64,000 nucleotides of DNA from Eledone cirrhosa (lineage: Eukaryota), in NCBI GenBank assembly GCA_964016885.1, contig OZ024746.1:86366001-86430000 (forward strand). Direction: 5' to 3'. Within the stretch, counting starts at the first letter, position 1; the number at the start of each line of letters is the position of its first letter. The notes beneath the pieces were generated by a model. The model made no database searches, was not told the DNA's origin, and worked only from the letters and a program-made list of their open reading frames with translations. The position numbers and the translations under genes were made by a program. This document shows, piece after piece, positions 26,729 through 39,171 of this stretch.

Positions 26729-26805
26729 TTTGCTGATACGAATCTCGCTTCGTTTCACCACCGACATGTGCAGTATAACAGCCCACAGGATCCTCAGTCA
26801 GCAAA
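26729..26805 (-). ncRNA. Type I hammerhead motif with a stable stem III, in a (TA)n-flanked insert (26448-26863)
   Basis: Minus strand: tttgctga CTGAGGA [degenerate stem II] GAAA cgaa-gcgaga-ttcg TA tcagcaaa. Confidence 0.7.
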
Positions 26806-26859
26806 TGTGGATACTGTTCACGACACATCTAACCTCATGGATAGATAGAAAGCTAAAAT

Positions 26860-26916
<57 letters not shown>

Positions 26917-26921
<5 letters not shown>

Positions 26922-27118
26922 AACGAGTAGGACCCCGACGGCTGAGCTCAAGCCGTTTCGACGGCTAATTCTGGACTATGTAGTCCAGAATTAGCCGTCG
27001 AAACGGCTTGAGCTCAGCCGTCGGGGTCCTACTCGTTCCTATTACCCACTCTACTACCCTAAGTATTGAGTACTTTGGTGCGTTATGGTCCACCTGGTTC
27101 CTTACCACATTTCCTTCG

Positions 27119-27120
<2 letters not shown>
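26917..27120 (+). mobile_element. (TA)n-embedded foldback element, second F1 copy (62-bp perfect arms 26917-26978 / 26981-27042, plus tail)
   Basis: Tail 27043-27120 is the reverse complement of 25886-25963 with few changes. Confidence 0.85.
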
Positions 27121-27177
<57 letters not shown>

Positions 27178-28309
27178 ATTTCACTACAATTACCAAACCA
27201 TAATTGGGAACTCGCGTTTCACCTAAAAAGGATTTCCAAGTCATATATACATTCGGCTTCCACACAATTTCTGTTGACCATATTTTTCACTTACGACGTA
27301 TTGGTCAACGCGATGCTTTGGATGATTCATCAAAGGTTCCGAATGGTTGGATAGAAAAAACACTTCTGAAGCACACAGCCATGTTTTGTCATGTTTTAAT
27401 ATATTTGGCTTTACTACTTATAGCTAACAATATTTGAAAGAAATCCTGTTGCTATGTAACTAGCAATGTGCATGCCGTTTTATAGCATTTCCTTTTCCGC
27501 TTAATGGCTATCATTTTTCATATAACACATAATTCTATTCTATTTCGTTTTCGAAATCGATTTTGATTTGTATATATGCGGTAATACGCCTAGAATGTAT
27601 CCAAGTAATTTTGTTTTCAAAAAGCAGAAATTTCTAAAAACTAAAAGAATCTGTTTCCTTCCAGTAATTATTGACAAAGTAATTGAACATCCTAACTTTA
27701 GCAGTTTCCAGAATACGAGAGAGGACAGGGAAGCAATCGATCAAAAGTACTGAATAAAAAGAGAAGCTACAAAATGTCTTGGTAGTTGGGTATGATAGAT
27801 GGGAGGAATTATAGGAGCAATATATATATATATATTTTAACGTGAAAAAAAAAATGAGCTGCGGAAATAATATATTATAAATTTATCACTGCACTGCAGC
27901 GTCTGATACACAAACAATTTATAATTATTTTGGTGTTAGATTTTATCTATCGTCAATTTTTTTCACCCTTACTTGGCCTTTTGGGTATCTTTAGTGCTAT
28001 ATAGCACACTCTATTGCAAGTATTCGAGTTAGCTCTTTGGTTTAAGGAAAACTTCCTCTGTTCCTCTTACTATATATATATTTGTCTCTAAGCCATACAA
28101 ACAAATCAAAAACCACATAGGAATAGAATCAGCGATTTCTCTTAAAGTGACTGTGATGATATACCAGTGAAATTGCTTTTTCAAGAAATCGAAAACGCAT
28201 AGCGGACTCGATTTGCAGGAAATTTAACTCTATTATATTTTCTTCGCCCGAAACAGATTTAAAAGCCAAATTTAACTACAACAGTATTTATGAATTAGGA
28301 ATTGTTTGT

Positions 28310-28530
28310 CAATGAATCTGTAGCTTGGAGATTTCTGGCGTTCTTGGTGTTCGGACCACTTCTCTACTTATCGTTATCAGGGCGGAGTTGGCCACCCGTA
28401 TGCGTGAGCTCCATGACTAGTAATGGCTCTTCCAACACGTCTCCAAAGCCGCTCTCCGAGACAACCGCTTTCACCATTCTGTCCACTGGGATAACGAGGG
28501 TGCCAGCTCTTGGGTCCTGCACGTTAAGGA
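28310..28530 (-). pseudogene. Possible BEL/Pao LTR-retrotransposon integrase core remnant
   Basis: Frameshifted minus-strand translation PRA...(W)DRMVKAV...VLEE.L...EL...VANS.L resembles the remembered BEL motif PRAPW.GG.WERMVK.VK...EEL...E...NSRPL. Confidence 0.35.
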
Positions 28531-28643
28531 ATGCTCCTCCACATTGTGCGAGCCCGTATCATTGGGGTGGTGATGTTTGAGCACACTTTTCAGGATTTAA
28601 TGTGTAAGGAGCTTTTCATGTTTTGGTTGTCATATGGTTGTAT

Positions 28644-28804
28644 ACAGTGCCGGGTTTACCATTGTGCTTAAGCACAGGGCCCCGTTGGTCATGAGGTGGG
28701 GGGGGGGGATCTTTCTGCCAAATTTTTTTTTACGATGAATTTTTCAAATGTTGGGGCCTCATAACTTAACTAGCACAGAACCTCATTTGTCCTAAATCCG
28801 GCAC
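28644..28804 (+). mobile_element. Small MITE (CAGTGCCGG TIR, hAT-like)
   Basis: CAGTGCCGGGTTTA ... TAAATCCGGCAC. Confidence 0.6.
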
Positions 28805-28963
28805 AATATGTTGCTGCAATGGTATGACATCTCCCATACGTAAGTCGATATAAAATCAATTAGTATCAAAGGCATTTCAGAAATAATCGCTGTTAACCAG
28901 TACAAACATCAACACAAAAATACACGCATTCTAATGTATACCAAAACGAACATCTGTTTATTC

Positions 28964-29472
28964 CAGAGGTTCTCATACTTTCCCGGCTCACCCCACCTCT
29001 CATGGCCACGAAATACCCTTAGCGCCCGCACCCCTATTTCCAGAGAGACCTGTCTACACGCAATAACATATCTATATATCTAAAACAGAGAATGTCTGTG
29101 TGTGTCTGTCTGACTCCCTAAAACTCGAGAACCACCCAACCGATCTTTTTCAAACTTTACACATGTAATACTTATGGTCATGTGAGTGTTTTGAGCAAAA
29201 TATATTTCAAATTTTCAATGCCCTAGGGACCGCATTAGGCGCCGGTAACGTCGCGCCCTTATAATATCTGTCTGTATGTCTGCTGTCTGCATTACGAAAT
29301 TATGACACTGTCTGTGTGTGTGTATATATAGTGTATATATATATATATATATATATAGTATGTAACGTTTTTCGAAATAATTTACTTCTGCGTTCACAGA
29401 TTGATTTTTTTAGTTTCAGAAGATCCCGTTAAGGGTGAACGCAGCGATTCTTCACTTAAACCTTAACTGTTA

Positions 29473-29549
<77 letters not shown>

Positions 29550-30209
29550 GTGTACAGATATTTTTGCATACACAATAACAAAATATAAACAAACGTATTT
29601 ATTTCACGAGGCTCAATAAGGATACATATATTTCAAATATATAAGAACCCTAGAGCAAATATTGTTCTCATTGCTGATGAGGCAGAAGGGAATATACACG
29701 ATTGGCTGAAGAAGGACGAGACTGTGTTAGTAGTACGACCAACGGCTGCTATCACATCAACAGCAGCAAACACAACAACAAAAAAGAGAAGGAACGAAAT
29801 TACATGCTTTTGAAAAATCTTAATGGAAAATTATTTGCCTATTCACCCAAGGCAACTTCACTTTTTATTAGGACTTCTGCATCAATTGGTGAACATACGA
29901 CGAAACTATTTCAGAAAGGAGGGATAAACATGCCAATCATGTTTAGAATCGCGAGCAACGCCGGGCCATTCTGCTAGTAATAAATAAAATCGTTAATTGA
30001 TGTATAATAAATAATATATACTATGTATAAATAAATATTATACATTTTTTCATTTTACTATATTTATATAATATGTATCATTTGATATTTAAGATACTTT
30101 TATGTCATCTCTACCGCCACACACTGCCCCCTTAGCCTCCAGTGCGTCCCTGGACCTTCTCAATGCCCCCCCCCCCCCGGGATGGTAACGTCCACTTTGA
30201 GAACCTCTG
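28964..30209 (+). mobile_element. hAT MITE interrupted by a Helitron
   Basis: TIRs CAGAGGTTCTCA / TGAGAACCTCTG; degenerate 8-bp TSD GTTTATTC / GTTTGGTC. Confidence 0.75.
29071..29977 (+). mobile_element. Non-autonomous Helitron
   Basis: A|TCTATATATCTAAAA start; CGCGAGCAACGCCGGG hairpin then CTGCTAG|T end; inserted between A and T with no TSD. Confidence 0.8.
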
Positions 30210-31289
30210 GTTTGGTCCATTACCAAGTGGGGGTAATTAGTTTGAAAATATGGAAAGTACTACATATTTTTAACGTAGATACAAGACCATAAATTCATAA
30301 GAAATAAATCAGAACCTTATATTATAGATTATATGGAATATACTCCACCCCCGCCCCCACATGCACTGATGAGGTTTTGTCTAGGGCTCAACAGGTTTTA
30401 ACATTCCACTGACAGGTAAAAACAGTAAAAGACATTTTTTTAAAGCAAAAATCAAACTGAAGAACAAAACCAATGGCAACGACGATTATTAAAATAAACT
30501 CAACAAAATAACAACAAAAATAACACTAATGTCAATATGAGCAACCTTCTATGTGGTAGTTTGACTTACTAAAAATAATAGATAAATTTTCCTCAAATGT
30601 CACCTTAATTCAATAAGCAAGGTGGCATTGGATAACCTAGTTCCTGATACATTGTGCTATGAAAAAAAACAGGTGAGATGGTCATTGCTAGAACGTCTTT
30701 TATCATAGATCTACTCAATCAAGTCTGATCAGTGACTATACAGCAACATAAAATGATACAATAGCAAATATAATCAGGTTGCAGGTGATATATAAATAAC
30801 CACTATCAAGAGCACTTTAGATTTAATCACCGATATCCAGCACGAATACTAACACAACACTAAAAAACCAACACAAATATTTTGATCGACTTCCATACGA
30901 GTAACCTCATTAACAATACCACTATCACCTTCACTCATGATCGCTAACACCACTATCAGAAGCACATACTCATCAATCATTGCTTTGTGAATCGGTAAAA
31001 AGATGTGGTGGTGTCTGCAGCGGCGCTGTTGGTGGTGGTAGTGGCGATGGTGTTGGTGCTCCTTCTACTGTTGCTACTATTACTGTTGCTAGTTGTTCAG
31101 CTTCAGGTCAACTCTCAGAGAGCAGAGCTATGATCAAAGATACTGTCTTTAGGTGTATGTGTGATTACAATCTCCAATGTGTCCTTTTCATTCCTAGGAC
31201 TGTAGTGTGTGATTTGAGTGATATTTGGCCGTGTGTTTCTAGTCTCCACATTGAGACACTTCCTTTAGCCGAACATGCAACATTTAATC

Positions 31290-31576
31290 ATATGTGGTTT
31301 TAAGAGTTTCATCTTATGCAGCATTGCAATCTGGACATGTTAAAACAACAACATATTTTATACATGTTTTGTTAAGGTGGTGCATGCAGATATTAGCTGA
31401 TCCACTGTTTCAGTATTTCTGTTATTCAACTGGCATTTTGGGTCATTATGTTTTCCCAATGGGTTTGCCTGGTAATTTTTTGTGGCAAGACATAGGTCTT
31501 GTGCAACCAGTATGAAACCTTCTATTTCGGCTTTCAGTCCTAAAATGCACAGCCACTGACAAAATATGTTACACAT
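31290..31576 (-). pseudogene. R4/Dong-clade (R2 superfamily) non-LTR retrotransposon fragment, post-RT region with decayed CCHC knuckle
   Basis: WL..LGLKAEIEGFILVAQDLCLATKNYQ...DPKC.....ETVDQLISAC matches the family motif GLK.ETEGFI.AAQDQ.L.TRNY...CRLC...ET..H..SGC. Confidence 0.8.
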
Positions 31577-32091
31577 ATCTCGTTGTTGTTTAGCCCTATA
31601 TCAGCTATGATGGAGCAGGCCTATGATCGTACCAGCTATAACAATCAGTCCTTTTCTGTTCTGTTTTGTTTTCAAGTAAAATGTTTTCGTCTATTTTTAA
31701 TATTTAAGGATGTGATTTAAAAGAGATTTCGGTGTTATTTATACGGATCAGAGTGAAGGACGAAGGAGGTGTTAACATACACCCCAGCCGTCCTATGCTC
31801 TTGGAGTAACAGGTTGATAAGCACTTTTAAGTGCCCAAACTAAGATCAATCCTGTTAATGAAAACCAGGTTTAACGAGGTTCGTAACGAACATCATAAAA
31901 CCAGTGGTAATGAAGAAATACGTACCATCATCATCATCATCATCTAGACCCAACAATAGATTTCCACATGCGTCAGATCTTTGCATTGCCTAGATTCCAA
32001 ACATCAATACCAGAGTCACTGGCCATGATATCTACATAGGCGGAGAGCGCGCAATCTCTTTAGCCTTTGACAGATGTTGGTTTCCAAAGTA

Positions 32092-32259
32092 CTGTATTTC
32101 CCGGCGCCGAAGGCGCTTCGTCTTCGAGGACGCACCCTAATTTTGATAACCAAAACTTTGAAAAAAAATAATAAAGAACCTTCGGCCTCCAAGACGCATG
32201 GTAGATGTTTTAGACTTATTTTAGGAAAAAAGTAGCGTCTTCGACGCCGGGAAATACGG
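32092..32259. mobile_element. Tc1/mariner-superfamily MITE
   Basis: TA|CTGTATTTCCCGGCGCCGAAGGCGC ... GCGTCTTCGACGCCGGGAAATACGG|TA. Confidence 0.88.
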
Positions 32260-32711
32260 TACCAAAGAAGACTTAGCTTCATTTGAGGCGTGATAGCAAT
32301 AACCTGAAAATCTGATCCCCTTCTTTCACATAACATAAGAAATACGAATGTGACGTATAGAGGTAGCATACACCTGTTTGATCTGCAATACAACCTACAG
32401 GCCAGCAGCTGGACTTAAAAAGCCACCTTAGGGCCCACAGTATTGCGACACTACACTTCTAATAGGAAAAAGTAGTGGAGTGCAAGTAGTAGACATACTC
32501 CACAGAGAGTCGACAGGCGATGGATTGGCAGAACTATTGGAGTGTCAGACAAAATACTTTGGTGTATTTTGTTGCGTCTAATTACCTTCTGAGTTAGAAT
32601 CCTGCCGGGGTTAACTTTGCCTTTCATCCTTCCGAGGTTGATAAAATAAAGTACTTGTTAATCGGCTCTACCCTTGCACAAATAATTTTTAGCATTTTGC
32701 TTCAATTAGAA

Positions 32712-32799
<88 letters not shown>

Positions 32800-32889
32800 G
32801 GAGGTGAGTTTTATTGTAGTACAATAAAGCAATGCAGATATCGGATAAGATACATGGAACTCATTTAACCATCTTTTGATCTTATATAT

Positions 32890-32927
<38 letters not shown>

Positions 32928-33026
32928 AAGTAATTCCATCGGAAAAGTCCAGGAAAAAAGAGTGCTCTATGTAAGCAACAGAGCTTAATTATTATTATTA
33001 TGTAATAAACAACATAAGGCAATTAT

Positions 33027-33084
33027 TCCATTTACCAGTGGTTTCTTAAAAGCAAAAGGTTTTGCTTTCAATCCTCAGAATGAA
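33027..33084 (-). ncRNA. Type I hammerhead motif (direct arm of F2)
   Basis: Exact reverse complement of 33133-33190. Confidence 0.85.
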
Positions 33085-33132
33085 AAATCCTGGTTTGTTT
33101 ATTGTCCATATTCAATAAACAAACCAGGATTT

Positions 33133-33190
33133 TTCATTCTGAGGATTGAAAGCAAAACCTTTTGCTTTTAAGAAACCACTGGTAAATGGA
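33133..33190 (+). ncRNA. Type I hammerhead motif (inverted arm of F2)
   Basis: ttcatt CTGAGGA ttgaaagcaaaa-cc-ttttgcttttaa GAAA ccactgg TA aatgga. Confidence 0.85.
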
Positions 33191-33220
33191 ATAATTGCCT
33201 TATGTTGTTTATTACATAAT

Positions 33221-33268
<48 letters not shown>

Positions 33269-33278
33269 TATATATATA

Positions 33279-33351
<73 letters not shown>

Positions 33352-33661
33352 GAGGGAGGGAGCTTCGCGTGATTGGGTGGCTGTTGCGATGGGTGTCACT
33401 GGTCATTGACCGGGGGAATGCTTTTGACGTCTTATCCGTGGGGCGCAGCACTCTTGCCTCCTTGCCCTAGGCCCAAGGCCCAATCACCCTCCCCCTCACC
33501 TCCTCTCTTCTGTGACACCAGAGCTTTTGCCATCTCCTCCCTTTCCCGTTCTTTTTCTTCTTTCTTTCTTTTTTTCTTCTATATTTCCCTTTAGATATTA
33601 TATATAGCTTTCAAATATATATATAGTATATTGTAAAAGATCTACAAACTATAAATAAATA

Positions 33662-33707
<46 letters not shown>

Positions 33708-33881
33708 ATATATATATATATGCTTGTTTCTGTATATGTGTGTATTCGTGTGTTTGTGTATGTGTGTTTCTATATGTATGTGTTTGTCTATGATTATGTG
33801 TGTTTATGTATGTATGTGTGTTTACAGGTGTGTGTCTGTATGAATGTGTATGTTTCAGTGAGAGTTTGTTTGTGTGCGTAT

Positions 33882-33883
<2 letters not shown>

Positions 33884-33963
<80 letters not shown>

Positions 33964-34169
33964 ATGTGTGAAAATATACTTTATCTCTACTTATATTTAA
34001 TAATCATCTTACGTTGCTTATATTTTCCTTATCTCATCTTACACTCTCTTAAGGTTTATTTTGGAAATCTATCGTGTAGTCGTTACTACTACTAGTAGTA
34101 GTAGTGCTACTAATTCTACTACTACAACAACAACAACTATTACTACTACTGCTAGTACTAATGCTGCCG

Positions 34170-34242
<73 letters not shown>

Positions 34243-34243
34243 A
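33884..34243. repeat. (TG)n and (ACT)n microsatellites
   Basis: Direct reading. Confidence 0.9.
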
Positions 34244-35109
34244 AGTAAGAGTGTAGTAAAATATAGAATAATGGAAAGATTTGTTCTTTAACCCTTAGTT
34301 GAGTTCTTTCTAACCGAGCAGACTTATGAACTAAAACATTCTGGCCATTTTGTCGAACTTAGAGATTTTATATTACATTCTGAGTTTGAAATGCCACCGA
34401 GGTTAACTTTGCCTTTCATCCTTACGGGGGTCGATAAAATAAAGTACCAGTGATACACTGGGTCGATTGAATTGACTTTCCCTTTCGCTAAAACTGGTGG
34501 ACTTGTGCCTATGTCAGAAAATATATTTCAGCATTGGCTGCTATTTCTAGCAGGCTGATCGATCACTTACAGGACACTTCATTTATTGTCTCTTGCATCT
34601 GACCCCAATCCTAATAGTTCAATCAATTCAAGTGTAAGTAGGACGTGTGCTGAGAATTGATCAGGTGTTTTCTATTTCATACTAACATGTTTGAAACAGT
34701 TGGTTATTTACAAATAAATCAGCAATACAGCTGATCCACCACTCTGGACTGCTACTTTAATTATTGACTTCTAAAAGCATAGAAAGCAAAGTTCACTTCA
34801 ATGAGATTTGAACTCAGAGAGCTGGAACAAATAGACAGCGGATCTATTTTGAAATGTTCAGTCTCACACGAAAGATCATCTTGATATTGGATATTGACTG
34901 GGTCACATCTACCCAATTCCATAGTAAACTCATTAGATTGGTTGATACTTCAGTTCACCACTCTTTTATATATATATAATCACTTTGATAATTACAGGGA
35001 AAATATTCCACTGGTACTATTTTGAGAAACAGCACCAGCTTTACATAGTTGCTCATTCGTTTGTTTTTGTTTTGTGTTTGGGGGGCGGGGGTCATATATT
35101 TAGAAGAAT

Positions 35110-35605
35110 ATTTGAACATTCGGTAATCAGAAGAAGGGAGGTAGGTGTAAAAGCCAAACTTGCTATCTTCAATTCGGTATTAGTGCCAACCCTTACTTAT
35201 GGGTATCAATCTTGAGTAATGACTGAAAGAATATGATCGTCATTTCAAATGTCCAAAATGGGATTCCTCCGACGGGACTTTGGAGTAACGTTACTCGATA
35301 GCTTGGAGATCAGAGAGACACCCCGGGTAAAGTTGCTATTTCTCCGAATTGACAGATCACAGCTCCGATACTATTGGCATGAGGAAAGCATCGCTGGACA
35401 GATTTTACGGGAAAAACCAACCGGCAGGGGACCCAGGGGTAAAACCTGAGCAAGATGGTTGGATAACATCTATAAGCATGATTGGACTCCTTTAGGGATC
35501 CAGCCGGGTCAGTTGGAAACGGTTGCTTCTGACAAGACCTACTGGAAGGAGTGTTTGAGGACTCTTGCCCATGACCCTCTCAGGAATAACTGGGCGAAGA
35601 AGAAA
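35110..35605 (+). pseudogene. RTE-clade LINE 3' fragment (frameshifted); same family as 49570-50385
   Basis: VGVKAKLAIFNSVLVPTLTYG; MGFLRR.FGVTLLD; RIDRSQLRYY; KPTGRGPRG; W.D.I; ends GAAGAAGAA. Confidence 0.85.
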
Positions 35606-35932
35606 TGTATCTTAAACCAGAAACTTAAGAACATAGATACCTAGTTCATGCTAGAATCTCGACTTCTCCTGAGCTATGGGGACATTCCTGCGCCAGAATA
35701 GACAACGTATTTATATCACCCGATCTTCATGAGATATTACTCATCATAAATGTACAGAGTATAATTACTGCTCATAAATCAGAGCGTATGTGTTACAGAG
35801 TACATCATAGCTTACACTAAGTAAACCACGAGAGAGAAAAAGAAACTAAGTTGTCAAATTAGGAGTCAGACTTTAATATTTATACAAAATTCTAGTTTAA
35901 AAAATGTGCCTATATAATAATTGTTTCTAATA

Positions 35933-36514
35933 ATAATTGTAACACAAGTCCAGGAATTTTAGGGGGGCGAAAAGTAGATTAAATAGACCCCAGTACTTGA
36001 CTGGTGCTGTATTTTATGAACCCAAGAAGGATTAACGGCAAAGTTCACCTCCGCGGGATTTAAACTTTGGAAGTAAAAAGTCGGAACAAAAGCTAACAGT
36101 TTGTCGGACGCCTTAACAGTACCAATTCACTGGTCTTATATATTTATATATAATAATTGTTTCTACTTTTGGCATAAGGCCAGCAATTATCCCAGTGCAT
36201 TACTGGTGCTTTATTTTATCGGCGCCGAAAGGATGAAAGGCAAATTTAACCTCGGCAGGATTTGAACTCAGATTGGAAAGGGCCGTAACTCTATGCATCA
36301 AAGCATGGCGTCCGACCCTCTACTGATACTAATATATAATTGTTTCTACTTTTGGCACAAGGCCAGCAAATTACCCAGTACATTACTGGTACTTTATTTT
36401 ATCGACCCCGTAAGGATGAAAGGCAAAGTTGACCTCGGCGGGATTTGAACTCAGAATGGAAAGGGCCGTAACTCTATGCGTCAACGCATGACGTCCGACC
36501 CTCTACCGATACTG
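35933..36514 (-). mobile_element. Three head-to-tail SINE A copies
   Basis: Family motifs at 35933-36135, 36153-36330 and 36338-36514. Confidence 0.85.
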
Positions 36515-36577
36515 CATGCCATTACAGAGCTATACAAGAAAACATAAAATATCGCCTGCGGTCCTAGTGACGCTTAA

Positions 36578-36810
36578 CCCTTTCATGGCTACATTTCTGA
36601 TGAGATACACCCTATCTTAATTAATTACTACAGAAATTCGTGCGATTTACTAAAATTATTAATTATTTCATTACTACAATAGTAACTTAATGTAAGGTTC
36701 TTGTATAAAATTATGTTGGAAGAGTTTAATTTAAATTGGAAACCTTTAAAATGAGTGGTTTTGTTTCATAGAAACAGAGCCGGTTTTGGGGCAGGTTGGT
36801 AACAAAAGGG
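36578..36810. mobile_element. piggyBac-type MITE
   Basis: TTAA|CCCTTT ... AAAGGG|TTAA. Confidence 0.8.
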
Positions 36811-37230
36811 TTAACCTGCTTGAAATAGTAACCAAATCCTCATCAAATAACCCTCTACTAGCTTAAAAGAGTACGAGTAACATTGCATATGATCATATAT
36901 ATATACGTTAAATGAACAACAAAACAATTCTTGCGGTGGCATTTCTGTTGATAAAAGGTCTGCTTTATCAGGGTTGACCTGGGTCTAAATAATAAAAACA
37001 ACTTAGTTAATCTTACGGTTACTATGCACATACATGACACCATTTGTCTAAAGTGTGGCAATTTATTGTTGTTGTTGTTGTCGTTATTGCTGTCGTCGTT
37101 GTCGTTACTGTAGTTGTTGATAATATCAGCCCAGTTTAGCAGTGATCGAGCAGCCCTATAATCAAAGACCCTTCAATTTTATTCAAACATCGTGAATCAT
37201 GAAGAACATTATTCAGTGCTCTCTTTGTTA

Positions 37231-37261
<31 letters not shown>

Positions 37262-37920
37262 CCTCCAGATATGCCTTGATTGAGAAGATCTATGATCAAT
37301 GGCATTCCATTCATGTCATGACCTATCAATCGATTTATATATAGAGAGGTTTCACTGACCGGTGTGTATTTTCCTTTTTAAGGGTGCGATTTTGAGGGAA
37401 TTTGACTGCTATTTCTAGTAGGGTGAGTGACCGTATAGAGGCTCCGAAAGACAATGAGATGTAGTTTTTAGGGATGTTTGGCTGCTTTTTAGTAGGTCGA
37501 GTAGTTTACCCGTGAAGTAGTAAGTTCTAGTTGTTGTTGGTAATTAGATCCACGAAGGGGGCAGAATTAGTAAAACCTCGGATCAAATGTTATTGTCGTA
37601 TTTGTTCTGGTTTTACATTCTGAGTTTAAATTACGCCGGAGTCAACTTCGCTTTTCATTCTTCCGGATCAATAAAGCAAAGTACCAGTCACGTACTGAGG
37701 GTGATTTAATCAACTTTTTGTCCTTCCCCCAGAATATGCTGGCTTTGTGTCTAAATTAGAAATCGATATTTAGTACCTTTACATGAAGTTGGTGGTGGAT
37801 GATGATGGTAATGGGGACACTTGTGGGCATAGACTATGTGGGTGGATGTGTAGGCGGGGGAGTGGCGGAGAGGAGAAGGAGAAGAAGAAGAAACCGAGAG
37901 ATTTCCTATATATGCTTCTC

Positions 37921-38529
37921 CCATCTCATCTCATCTGTCCCGTAGTCTGGTGGACCTTTGGGACGTAGTCTGGTGGACCTCTCTGCCTTCCTCATGGCGC
38001 ACCCAGCTTCAGGGAGATTTTGTCCTCCTCATCTCTTTCTATGCCTCTCTTGCCCCCTCCTCGTACTGTTTCCTGTAGGACAGATTTGGCAAGCCCTGAA
38101 GTTCTTGTCATGTGCCCGTACCATCTCAATTTGTGTTCCTCATGGCTGCACCCAGCTTCAGGGAGATTTTGTCCTCCTCATCTCTTTCTATGCCTCTCTT
38201 GCCCCCTCCTCGTACTGTTCCCTGTAGGACAGATTTGGCAAGCCTTGAAGTTCTTGTCATGTGTCCGTACCATCTCAATTTGCGTTCCTCATGGCTGCAC
38301 CCAGCTTCAGGGAGATTTTGTCCTCCTCATCTCTTTCTATGCCTCTCTTGCCCCCTCCTCGTACTGTTTCCTGTAGGACAGATTTGGCAAGCCCTGAAGT
38401 TCTTGTCATGTGTACGTACCATCTCAATTTGCGTTTTTATACAATGGTCAGTAGGTCTTCGTTGGGTTCGATAGCTTGCCAAATTTTGTTTCGCACCTCC
38501 ACATCAGAGATGCGGTCTCTGTAGGTAAT
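37921..38529 (-). pseudogene. RTE (BovB-like) LINE 3' end with an internal 149-bp triplication
   Basis: Minus-strand translation ITYRDRISDVEVRNKI..AIEPNEDLLTIV*KRKLRWY.HMTRTSGLAKSVLQETVRGG; ends RSTRLRDR* with a (TGAGA)n tail. Confidence 0.88.
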
Positions 38530-38758
38530 TCTATATATGTTTAAAAAGCTTTAAAGAAGACATATCATTGTCCTTCTGTTCACAAAGTAAACAATTTTAA
38601 TATGCAGAAGAATTTTCTTATGTATTACGACTTGAGAATTGGGGTAAATGTTCTTCTTTACAAGACGTGCTTGTGCAACACAAACATACGCAACACATAC
38701 ACAAACAAATATGCTTATATTTACATCGTATATGTGTATGTGTGTGCGTATATATATA

Positions 38759-38789
<31 letters not shown>

Positions 38790-38835
38790 TAAAGTTAAAT
38801 AAAAGTCAAATGATTAAAATTTAGCTTCGTTTATT

Positions 38836-38890
38836 ACTGCTATATATATTTCAGTGACAGCCATCTTTGGCTGTGACCTCTTCAGGCAGT
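38836..38890 (-). ncRNA. Type I hammerhead motif (inverted arm of F3)
   Basis: Reverse complement of 39117-39171. Confidence 0.85.
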
Positions 38891-39116
38891 TTGAATTAGT
38901 ATGGTATAGACAAGTACATATGTTGTTTAGGTGTATGATATTGTCAATACTCTGATATGCCCAGTTCCTTGTTGGGTTGTTAATTCACTGGGGAACTGGA
39001 GTCATATCCAGTTCCCCAGTGAATTAACAACCCAACAAGGAACTGGGCATATCAGAGTATTGACAATATCATACACCTAAACAACATATGTACTTGTCTA
39101 TACCATACTAATTCAA

Positions 39117-39171
39117 ACTGCCTGAAGAGGTCACAGCCAAAGATGGCTGTCACTGAAATATATATAGCAGT
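39117..39171 (+). ncRNA. Type I hammerhead motif (direct arm of F3)
   Basis: actgc CTGAAGA ggtcacagcca-aaga-tggctgtcact GAAA tatata TA gcagt. Confidence 0.87.

Larger units (their letters stand above)
32925..33226 (-). mobile_element. (TA)n-embedded foldback element, family F2 (tail 32925-32990; perfect 114-bp arms 32991-33104 / 33113-33226)
   Basis: Arms read directly; each arm holds a hammerhead; (TA)n on both sides. Confidence 0.88.

Noticed and set aside
28302-28580. Plus-strand 92-aa ORF as a host membrane or secreted protein
   Set aside because: No recognisable homology; the opposite strand fits a decayed retrotransposon integrase better
30366-30400. CTGATGA with a weak hairpin
   Set aside because: GAAA and stem I are missing
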